DNA of 62,939 bases, counting the filler, from Aduncisulcus paluster (taxonomy: Eukaryota), in assembly GCA_024181965.1 (NCBI GenBank). It is 5 parts of 5 records of this genome, joined end to end, with 100 filler letters (N's around TTAATTAATTAA, not from the genome) between each part and the next. Parts side by side here need not be neighbours in the genome. Positions count along the whole stretch, not along the records: positions 1 to 19,938 come from BQXS01012428.1; 4 more parts are not named here. One strand, 5' to 3'. Position numbers and translations under genes: made by a program. The notes under the pieces were generated by a model that did not search any database, was not told where the DNA came from, and saw only the letters and a program-made list of their open reading frames with translations. Shown one piece after another: positions 1 to 10,700 of this stretch (positions are counted from its first letter, which is position 1; the number at the start of each line of letters is the position of its first letter).

Positions 1-232
1 TGTTAAGAACATTTATGAACGATTTCAATGCTATTCAATAACATGGATATATTTCCATTTCATTTCTATCCTTATCCTTGCCTTTCTGTTCATTTTCACT
101 TGCTTTTGCTTACAATCAAAAATATCAAGAACTCGGAATATGATGGTATACATATGTCTGTATACTGCTACGAATCTAATCCCTTAATGCTTCATGGAAC
201 ATGATATTTCCTCCTTTCACACCAACTCCAAC
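1..232. repeat. Dispersed non-coding repeat, copy 1 (direct repeat of 19707-19938)
   Basis: 1-232 aligns ungapped to 19707-19938 (offset 19706) with a few substitutions; copy 2 runs into the contig end. Confidence 0.9.
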
Positions 233-388
233 TCCAACTCCGAAATTCGAATGTCCAGACTGGACATGTTGAATGCAACCACCGTAGAGGGGAAAATTTT
301 ACTCATAGATTGCAGAAAATAAAAGAATTGGCTTGCACAGACCATAGATTTGCTCAAGTACTTCTTGTGATAAAAAAAGTGTTAGTTG

Positions 389-1058
389 AACTTTAGAGAA
401 AAGCCTGTAATCAAATAGATCTCTAATGTAATTTTTCTCCTTCACCCATTTCCCTTCCTACTGCAAGATTTGTCAGAATTCTTGCCCTGACATCATCCTT
501 AAAGAAAGGGGATTCGTCCTTTCCATTCAGTTTCAACCAAACTTCATCTGCAGCAAGCTTACCAACACCTCCAGAAAGCATGAATCCGTGACCGCATAGA
601 CCGTTTAGGTGGAAAATGTTATTGTTCTCCTTGTTCCATCCAAGAAGAGGGAGACCATCGACACTATTAGTGTATATACCTCTCCAAACCCTTCTGACAA
701 GACTGTGAGCAACNNNNNNNNNNNNNNNNNNNNAACTTTAGAGAAAAGCCTGTAATCAAATAGATCTCTAATGTAATTTTTCTCCTTCACCCATTTCCCT
801 TCCTACTGCAAGATTTGTCAGAATTCTTGCCCTGACATCATCCTTAAAGAAAGGGGATTCGTCCTTTCCATTCAGTTTCAACCACACTTCATCTGCAGCA
901 AGCTTACCAACACCTCCAGAAAGCATGAATCCGTGACCGCATAGACCGTTTAGGTGGAAAATGTTATTGTTCTCCTTGTTCCATCCAAGAAGAGGGAGAC
1001 CATCGACACTATTAGTGTATATACCTCTCCAAACCCTTCTGACAAGACTGTGAGCAAC
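389..1058. repeat. Gap-flanking duplication (389-713 = 734-1058) around 20-N gap 714-733; probably an uncollapsed allele
   Basis: Offset 345; one substitution seen (ccaaac vs ccacac); repeats the 3' end of the oxidoreductase gene. Confidence 0.85.
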
Positions 1059-4000
1059 ATCGGGGAAGACTTCCATTGTTCTTGCACACATCTCTGGTAA
1101 GAAACGACTGGTACTGCTACAGTCAAGACCTTGAACGGCAGGGGTGGGAGTTGAACACATAATGACCTGACCAAGCTCATTCATGTAGAAATAAAAGTTC
1201 TTGGTGGTGCCATCAACACCTCCATGACGGATATCCACAAACATGGGACTTGGATAAGCTTTGATATATTCTTTGGAGTCAGAGTCAATGTACTTCCTAT
1301 TAAAGTCAGGGTTAGGGGCAGTGATGCATGCCTCATGAGAATCAGGTAAGAGGGGAAGCATGGGCAAATCAGAAGTATCAAGGACTAAATTAACAGCTCC
1401 TCCAAGTGACTCAATGACCTTCTTTGAATGAATAACAATCGGACGCTTGGTAGTGTCCACTTCTCCAGTGGTTGGGTGGACATGTTCACACCACACAAGG
1501 GATTCACCAGTTTCACTATCATTTTCTATTTTTAGAACACGGATACCACTGCTCAAACTGACTCCAGTTTCTTCAGGGTCATACGTGGCTCTTCTAATTG
1601 CACTGGTGGCCCATCTTAGAGGAGAGCAGATACCGTCAGTTGGGGAATAGGCAGCTCCCTTCAAGTTCTTTGCACTGGCCCAGGGGCATAGTTTAAGAAC
1701 CTCCTTTGCATTGATCCAACACAGACCAGTTTCAGGGTGGAGTCCTTTTCCGGCATTCTTAGATTGGGTAGCAATAATTCCTTTCAACAATCCTTCAACC
1801 TCATCATTATAGGCTGGAAATACGTATCCAGTTGTGAACCATTCAATATCGGCCTCACTTTCACTCTCGAACTCAGGTTTGTCGGCTTTCCATGACTTGA
1901 GATCCTTAAGCATATCAGACACAAGAAGAACTTTATCGGGGTTACTCAAAGCTTGACGAACTCCTCCAATGGCGTGTTTTTGACTTCCTTGGCCTCCGTT
2001 TGGCCTCGCTTCGAGAACCATGACATTGACCTTCTCACTATCAGTGGCTTTCATATTCTTCTCATCAATGGACTTAGCAAAGGCTATTCCAGCACTTCCA
2101 GCACCAGCAACGACAACGTCAGTGTACAAATGGTCGCACTCACATGATGTGGNNNNNNNNNNNNNNNNNNNNCTTCAACCTCCTCATTATAGGCTGGAAA
2201 TACGTATCCAGTTGTGAACCATTCAATATCGGCCTCACTTTCACTCTCGAACTCAGGTTTGTCGGCTTTCCATGACTTGAGATCCTTAAGCATATCAGAC
2301 ACAAGAAGAACTTTATCGGGGTTACTCAAAGCTTGACGAACTCCTCCAATGGCGTGTTTTTGACTTCCTTGGCCTCCGTTTGGCCTCGCTTCGAGAACCA
2401 TGACATTGACCTTCTCACTATCAGTGGCTTTCATATTCTTCTCAGCAATGGACTTAGCAAAGGCTATTCCAGCACTTCCAGCACCAGCAACGACAACGTC
2501 AGTGTACAAATGGTCGCACTCACATGATGTGGGCAAAGGTCTGGACTTGAAAACAGATGGAACAAGAGTGGCTGGAGCAGAGGAGACAAGCTTACTGGTA
2601 GGAACATGGTGAGTGTACATGTGTGTCTTCCTGTCAAAGTTCCCTCTCTTCTCTTCCTCAACATCAATTGGAACATCTTTTTCTGGGATGAACTTGATGT
2701 TTTTGATTGTCGAGGCAAGAGCTGCAACGGGGGTCTCAACAGAAAGTGGACGTTTCTCGAAGAAGAAAGGAGCTCCCCCTTCTTCAGCAAGCACACGATT
2801 AATCAACTGGCCACAGCTCTTTCCACCGCATGTTCCCATTCCCAGACGCGTGTCAGCCTTGATACTTGCAAGATCCACGTAGATCTGGCCTCTCTCATTC
2901 CGTGGAGCAGGAATACCAGAAGCTTTCTCGTTCCTTAGGACACGATCAAGGTAATGACGGATGGCTGAACGGGTCTCGTGAAGTGAGACTCGCTCACAAC
3001 GACATATGACAGTTTTCTTCTCACGCTCGATCTTGGAAAGCATTTCTTTCGTCATTTCAGCCTCCTTGGCCAAAGCTTTCCTTCCTTCTTCCTCAGAGAC
3101 GGGAACACAGCCGACAGCATACTGGGCCTCAGGCATCTTAAGCAACACACTCACGAGCATGCGCCTGTTCTTGTCTCCCTTGACAATCTTGACATCACGA
3201 ACAATATGAATTCCCATATCCTCGCTGTCACGGGACACCAAACGAACATACCCACAATTGCGCTCGAAGGGTTTCTGTTTCCTATGTTCTTTGGCCTTCT
3301 CAAGCATGGGATTGAGTCCTGGGAGTTCACAAGGGAACGTGATCATGACGGCATCCTTATCAGGTCCACAGATCTTGGTGCGAGTGTCAGCAAGTGTAAT
3401 AGCCATTCCAGGGCAGCGACCAACACAGGCCCCACACCCAATACACTTCTTCTTGTCATCAATCACGGGTGTTCCTGTAATACGGTCCTCAACAAGGTTG
3501 AGAACACCAGTGGGACAGTACGCATGGCAACTATCACATGGTATCTCTTGAACACAGTGAAGAACGGGAGTAATGGCATTGGCACGGAGAGTAACAGGAG
3601 GGCGAGTGATAGTCTTACCTGGATGAGAACATAGCATATCCGCAAGGACTTTCTCACTATCTTCGTCAATGTCGCGCATCCCTTCAGGGAGGACAGAGAA
3701 ACGATCATGGGATTCGGGATCATATTGTATTCCGGCATTCTCAGACAGAATGTCAACAGCAATGTCTCTTCCGACAACTTTTCCCATGAACATGGCATGG
3801 GAAGCTTCAGCAATATGCCCAGCATCTCCTGCACGCCAGGCTGGAATACCGTAATGTTTACATTTGAAGTAGAGGTCATTCACAGGAGTGAGACCAACAG
3901 CAACAAGAACAGCATCAATGTCTTTCCATTCTTTCTCAGTTCCAGGAATAGGCGTCCATTTATCATCCAATTTGGCAGTTACAACGCTACCAACACGCGT

Positions 4001-5161
4001 TCCATCAGCATTGGGCTTAGCTTCAAGGATAGTGTGTCTGCAATGGATAGGTACACCACAGCGTTCCAATTTGTCCCTGTGGACCTTGTATCCGATTGTT
4101 TTAGGACCTCCTTCAATGACGGCCTTGACATTGATGCCAGCTTGGAGACAGTGGAAACCGGCAACGAGACCAACATTTCCTCCACCGACAATAAGAACAT
4201 TCTTCGCCATCTTCACCAAATCACGATTGACAAGTGTCTGGAGAGCACCAGCCCCATATACACCTGGAAGAGTATTTCCTGGGAAAGCTAGAGTTCTCTC
4301 CATGGCTCCTGTGGCCACGAGAACACGCTTGGGCTTGATGAGGGAATATTCTTCACGGATACTTCCATCAGGGTTCCTGAGACGACGGTTGACACCAATG
4401 TACCCATCCTCGAAGGCACCAACGGCATTGGTTTCATTCCATACCGTAACAGTATCCTTGCACTCCTTTTCGAGCCTATCTGAAAGAATGTTGGCAATTT
4501 CGAATCCTCTAACTCCGGCGTTGGTCTCATCTTTGCTTCCAAAGAAAGTGTGGGTTTGGAGAACAAGTTTACCTCCGACTTTATCCTTATCATCGACCAT
4601 CAAAATATTTTTAACACCGGCTTTGTTTAAAGAAAAGCAGGCTGAGATTCCAGCAGGTCCAGCACCAATAATAAGAACATCAACTTCCTTAACAGCGACA
4701 TCTTTGTAATCGGAAAGAGTTTTGGTGGTCGCAAAAGCAGAAGATTCGAGTTCACCTTTCTTTGACTCGACAAATTTCTTGTTTTCAGCATCAGAATGAG
4801 GCTTGAGAGATTGAACTTCCATATTGGGGGTGACTGGAGTGACACATGATTTAACAACGCCCAAACCCTTATCTACGAATACACTACATTGACCACATTG
4901 TCCAGAGGCACAAAATAAACCCATAGGGCTTCCATCTTTAGAATGGAAAGAAAACGCATCAATTCCGTTAGCGACAAGAGCTGAAGCGATAGTTTCACCC
5001 TCACGAGCATATAGTTCTGTTCCATTAAATGTAAAAGGAATAGTGGCATCAGATGTTTCCTTTACGATAGGATGATCGTCGATCCTTCTTGAGGTTAATG
5101 ACGTAGAAATTCCCCTAATTAGTGGGGAAGAAGCAATTTGTTTCAATAAAACGGGCTTCAT
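768..5161 (-). CDS. Fused flavo-iron-sulfur amine/imino-acid oxidoreductase (2Fe-2S + FAD/NAD(P) Pyr_redox + 2x[4Fe-4S] + BFD-like 2Fe-2S + DAO-type FAD domain); sarcosine oxidase/proline dehydrogenase/opine dehydrogenase/HcnABC-like; ~1337 aa
   Basis: Motifs GETIASAL..GLFCASGQCGQC..KSC; DVLIIGAGPAG and IVGGGNVG; CVQEIPCDSCHAYCP and CIGCGACVGRCP; ICRCE..TRLGMGTCGGKSC; DVVVAGAGSAG..WRGIY..DGLPLLG..GHGFMLSGGVG. Removing the 380-nt duplicate plus gap joins ORFs 2084-5161 and 768-2129 in frame (4014 nt). Confidence 0.85.
1793..2532. repeat. Gap-flanking duplication (1793-2152 = 2173-2532) around 20-N gap 2153-2172
   Basis: Offset 380; two substitutions seen (D/E and D/A at protein level); splits one gene into two ORFs. 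Confidence 0.9.
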
Positions 5162-5547
5162 TCTACAAAAAAGTAATTTGTTGTTTCGTTCAAACTCGTT
5201 ATTATTCTTTCAACAAATGTCAAATGTAAATAAGAGGGTAAAACAATAAAAAAGTGCATTGTTTGGAGGAAAATATCCTAATTATCTGAGAACAAATTCT
5301 TAGTATGCAATATATATAAGTTTTGACTTTTTCTTTTAAAAAGAATCTTTTTCCTTCTCTATGCAACAACTTGTAGCTATTTTTATTTTTTATTTATAAT
5401 TTATTTGATGTTCTTTTGATTTTTTTCCTATTGGAACTTTAATTTTTTCGAGCATTGAAGTAAACTACTGAAGTTTTGGAACTTCGGTTGAAAAGTTGAA
5501 CTTTTGCTATATATAATTCATATTTCTTGGCTAAGTCACTTCATTGA

Positions 5548-6852
5548 ATGGAATTTTTCCATGAATATAAACCTGGAAATACTGTTGAATACGGCCAAGG
5601 CTTATTTAAGGCCGCAAAAGCCTTTCAAATAGAACGGCAACAAAAATATGAAGAATCACAGAAGAAAAAAGAAGAAGAATATAAGAAATATTCCTTCAAA
5701 CCTGATATTATAGTCTGTGAATGTACTCGTGGGAGAAAACCATCAGCAGTTTTTGATAAATTATACCAATCAGCTCTAGAAGTTCGAGCTGAACAGGAAC
5801 AAACAAGGAAAGAGGCAGAAGAAAAAAGACTTGCTTCTTATTCATTTCAGCCTAATTTAGAAACTCCTAAGAAAGGTGAAAAGGGTCAGAAAAAACGACC
5901 TGTTTCAAAAATTGCTCGTAGGGTTGAAATTAAGCGTCAAAGAATGCGAGAAAAGAAACTCGGGGTGTTTTCTGCTCTATATGACGATGCTACAAGGAGA
6001 CATATGAGACAAGCTGAATATCATTATTGGTTTCCTGAAGATTACACTTTCCACCCCGATTTATCAAAGTCTTTTGCCACAAATTCGCGTTATAAAGCGT
6101 CCAAAAAGGTTGCTTCTACTCCTCCAAGCGAATTAAGACGTCGAGATATGGTTGATAGAGCTTCTATTCCCAGAAGCCTTGACGATGCCTTTGATGGCCA
6201 TGAAATGACAAAATCAGAACTTTTAGGATCGAAAGGTGGTCCATCATCCGGTAAAAAGAAGTCAAACCGGACTGAGGGCATTGAAGATCTTATGAGTCCT
6301 GAGTTGCATGATCAAGGCAGAATCTCCTCAAGAAGACACCCAAAGACTCAACCTCTCCCTCGTCCTTCATCATACATTTCCTCCTCGATTGGTACTATTG
6401 GATCTATGTCTGGATCCCAAGGTCCTGTGTCTCGAAGCAGAGGTATCGGTGGTCCAGTTGAATCATCCACGAACACTGGGCTTTCTCTGTCTTCCTCGAC
6501 GAAACCACGTCGACAATCTGCCCTCTCTTCCTCCTATGCCAAGACAAGTTCTGATTCTAGTTCTCCTTATATCGTTACTCCGGCGAACTTAACCTCAAGC
6601 TACCACGACCCGACATCATGTCTTCTTGCGTATGAAAAAGACAGTGAAACCATGGGAGGAAGTATATTCGACATGTTAGACGATGATAAAGATGGAATTT
6701 TATATGAAGATGATGTAAAGAGCAAAATGACTAAGTTATCATTTCCCGATGATAAAACGAAAGAAAAGGCCGTCAGTATCCTTTCAGAAACAAAATATCC
6801 ACTTCTTAGGCCTCAATTTTTGAAGGAACTTAACACACACAAAAAAAAATGA
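5548..6852 (+). CDS. Hypothetical protein with repeated Y(S/T)F(K/Q/H)P motifs and a C-terminal EF-hand-like loop
   Basis: 434-aa ATG ORF; YSFKP, YSFQP and YTFHP follow charged helices; IFDMLDDDKDGILYEDD resembles an EF-hand. Confidence 0.7.
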   Translation: MEFFHEYKPGNTVEYGQGLFKAAKAFQIERQQKYEESQKKKEEEYKKYSFKPDIIVCECTRGRKPSAVFDKLYQSALEVRAEQEQTRKEAEEKRLASYSFQPNLETPKKGEKGQKKRPVSKIARRVEIKRQRMREKKLGVFSALYDDATRRHMRQAEYHYWFPEDYTFHPDLSKSFATNSRYKASKKVASTPPSELRRRDMVDRASIPRSLDDAFDGHEMTKSELLGSKGGPSSGKKKSNRTEGIEDLMSPELHDQGRISSRRHPKTQPLPRPSSYISSSIGTIGSMSGSQGPVSRSRGIGGPVESSTNTGLSLSSSTKPRRQSALSSSYAKTSSDSSSPYIVTPANLTSSYHDPTSCLLAYEKDSETMGGSIFDMLDDDKDGILYEDDVKSKMTKLSFPDDKTKEKAVSILSETKYPLLRPQFLKELNTHKKK

Positions 6853-7713
6853 CCAATTTGCTCCATACGTATGGAGTCCATACTATTTGTAATACTATAG
6901 TTGTAATACTATAGTTGTAACTACGGTCTAATATCGGTGATAATACAGGTATTTATTCAATAAATATATGTCGCTGAGTCTCAGCCTAATGTTAGTTTAT
7001 CTGGGATTTATGTCCGTGAACAAATTTATTAAAATAAAAGCGCAAAATCTCTTTACAATAATTTTTGGATCTCCCAGAAATGGAAGTCAAAAAAGTATTA
7101 ATCTCTGCAAGGTGGCGACAATAATTAATTCGAATTATATTAATATAAAAATTAATATAATTATAATCCTAAAATAAAATAATAAAATAAACCATTGTAA
7201 TATCAGTCCTGCTAACACTAAGATATCTCTCGCAATTTTATTCTTTTCCGAAAAACTTTTTCGTGATCAGATCACTGATCTCGCTCACTTGCAAGTTGCA
7301 GGGAGTCCATGAACGTGGCATAGACTTCAATTGGTATAAATGTATCTCAGTTACAGCATCTGAATCAAGCATATCGATGAAATACAAGGTCATAACTGGT
7401 GTGATTCAATGCGTTGGCAATGCAAATTAGCAATGGCACACACAGAACACACAGAGAGGTATTATTCCAAGTCTGAAATAATTACGAGTGCTTCTTTAGT
7501 GTTTTTGTGAGTAATGATACTCTCTTGGCCAGCAGTACCTTGAAATATTCGGATACATAATACATTAGCTTTCCCGATTGAAGAGAGACACATGAATATG
7601 AATAAATAAGGAATAAAAGGAATCATTGATAAATGACTCATTCAAGATAGTTTAATACCATAATAATGTATCAGACCGATCATGAGGAAATATCTATCTA
7701 TATATATATATAT

Positions 7714-10700
7714 CTACATATTGAAATAATCAGCTTCAGAAAGTGATCCAGAAAGAGAAGCTATTTTTAGATCTTCCTCAAGAAGAGAAGCTTTCTTCTT
7801 TTCAAGCCACATGCTCTTCATCTCATCAATATTTATAGGTTCAATGCCATGATCTTCAATGATAATTCCATCTCCAGAAGTCTGTTCTATTTTTATACTT
7901 TGAGAATCAACGTTAGCATCTTCAACTTTTTCAAACAATCTCGATTCTTGAGAAGTTGTGAGTGTTGAAACGACACCAGAAGGTTTTCTGATCAATGATT
8001 TCTTTTTTGTTCCAAAATTAGAAACTCTTTGAGAAGATGTCACTGCTTTGTCTATTTTTCTTTTCCATAACTCTTGTTTCCATTCTTTTTCAATTTTTTT
8101 CCTTTCAAATTCATGGACTTCTTCAATAAGATCAATCTCCCCATCTTCCATTTCCATTCCTATTTCATCTTCATGCAACGATAAATCTGACCTTGAGAAA
8201 GTCGAAGTAGATGTCCTATTTTTAGAATTTGAGCTAATTCTCGTTTTTTCAAAAATTCCCGACTTTGAACTTTTCCAACAGGATTCAATATCTTCCATAA
8301 CAAGACGTCCAGCATACCACATGTCACACTCCCGTTTGGAATGACTAAAAATAGAAACATGAGAAGGTTTAATGAAAGTTTCATTTGTAGTTAACGACAT
8401 ATAGAAAAAAGGATCGATATTGAGTCTTTTCCGTTGTGAGAATGACAAAGCTGGGAGACTACTGTCTGATCTACCATCACTATATCCTGTAAATGGCAGT
8501 GCAGAATGCTGGGATATTCCTCCAAATGTTGTTCCACTTGTCACTCCATCCTTCTCTTTTGTTCCATTCTTGTTCCTTTTGGTAGGACCCAGATCATCTT
8601 TTTCAGATTCCATGTCATTTCCTTCTTCTTCTTCAATATCTTCCCCTTCTTCCTTTATCAAAGTTCCATTATTGAGTTCAATCTTTCGTTTTTCTCCTTC
8701 TTTCAACTCCCATTCACCGCATTCTTCCTTAGCTTTCCTGATATTTCCTTCACCACCACATGCAGCAGATGTGTATCTAATAATAGCTAATGGAAGAGAT
8801 GAGAAAGTATCTGAATGGAAGGACAAAGAAGCGTTGAGTGTGTCAGCGAAGCTAAATGCATCCAATACACATTCATGAACGGATTCATTGAAAGACAACT
8901 CCGATAAAAAACACCCAGTTCTGTCTGAACGACTTGCATATTCATCGGATAGAGACTTGGTTTTCTTTGTTTTCATATCTTTTTCTTTCATGATTTGTGA
9001 TTCTAATTTAGCTCTCCAATCTGTCTTTGTCCATAAAACTTCATGAATATGGCTAAATCCATCAAATAGAGTGGAGTTTACGTGGTAGGGAGAAGAAAGG
9101 AAGGAAGGTAACGAGGTGGAAATTGCTGGAACAGAGAAGGAAGAGGAGGAATGTGAGGGGTTTATAAGGGCGCCAGTGATTGCAAAACGAAGAGAAACTC
9201 TGAAGAATCCATCACACTTGGGAGGAAAAGGGGAATAATAACATGAATATCCAACGTCACGAAGAATATTATAAGAATCTTTAGTTGCTTTTGAATCACT
9301 CAAAGCACCGTCAACTTCACAGATATCAGTAGATGAAAGTGATATTGGCGGGGTTCTATTTTTAGATGATCTATTTTTAGACGCATCAATGAGATCAGAT
9401 GATATCTTCTTCTTCTTCTTTATATTTTTGTTCTTTCCTTTTTTCTCACTAACACTAAAAATAGCACCACGACTGATGATCGGACTTTCTTCTCTGGAAA
9501 TGAACAAAAGTCTCCTCCAAGAATGGATTCTCGATAAGGCAATGTCACTTGCACAAGACAATAAAAATGAAGGACAAAGAAGCGTTGAGTGTGTCAGCGA
9601 AGCTAAATGCATCCAATACACATTCATGAACGGATTCATTGAAAGACAACTCCGATAAAAAACACCCAGTTCTGTCTGAACGACTTGCATATTCATCGGA
9701 TAGAGACTTGGTTTTCTTTGTTTTCATATTTTTGTTCTTTCCTTTTTTCTCACTAACACTAAAAATAGCACCACGACTGATGATCGGACTTTCTTCTCTG
9801 GAAATGAACAAAAGTCTCCTCCAAGAATGGATTCTCGATAAGGCAATGTCACTTGCACAAGACAATAAAAATGAAGGAAAAGAACTCAAATTAAATTCAC
9901 CAAAATCAATTATTTTATCTTCTTTCCTTCTTTGTTTCGCCGTATCATACCTGCTTCGATGTTTTATCAAAAGATTTTGAGAACGATATTTTCTCTTCTC
10001 TTGAATTTCTTCAAGGTCATTTTGGCAATCATCACAAGCACAAAAACAGGATAAAGCAAAAGAGAAAAGCGTAGAAATGGATAAAATATTTCTATCGAAC
10101 ATTTTGACAAGGTCTTTACAAAAAGAAGGAGATACGATGGGAATGTCGTGAGGAGAAAGAGGAGGAAGAGGGAGAGGAAGAGGAGAGAAGGAATGATCAT
10201 TGTCATTATCAATTTCTAACTCTTCTTTCTCTTCTTTCTCTTCTTTCTCTTCTTTCTTCTCTTCTCCTTTCTCTTCTCCTTTCTCTTCTTTAGATGTAAT
10301 TACATCTCTCTCATTTTCAATCACCAAATCTTTTTCTTCTTCTTCTTTTTCTTCTTCCGAGTCATCAATATCAATAATATCAGATATAATATCAGATTTT
10401 TCACCCTTTGATTGAATGCCTTGAGTTTGCACTCTTTTTTTCACTCTGCATAACTCAGAATCAATAGTTTCAAGAATATTTATATTTATATCGTTGTCAC
10501 CGATATCATTGTCATCAGACTGAGAAGGTGAATCTAAATTTAGACCATTATCAGAATCAGTGTCATTTTCTGAAGGTAAGAAAGGAGTCGAGGATGACTC
10601 GATAATCGCTGAGGATTCTTCTGAAGAAGAGTATGAAGGAATTGAAAATGATTCTTCAGAACAATAACTTGACGATATTTCCTGCTCTTTCTTTACATGC

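Noticed and set aside
768..5161. Two-gene operon, programmed frameshift or bacterial contaminant
   Set aside because: The split is explained exactly by the 380-nt gap duplicate, and the gene is contiguous with intron-containing eukaryotic genes.
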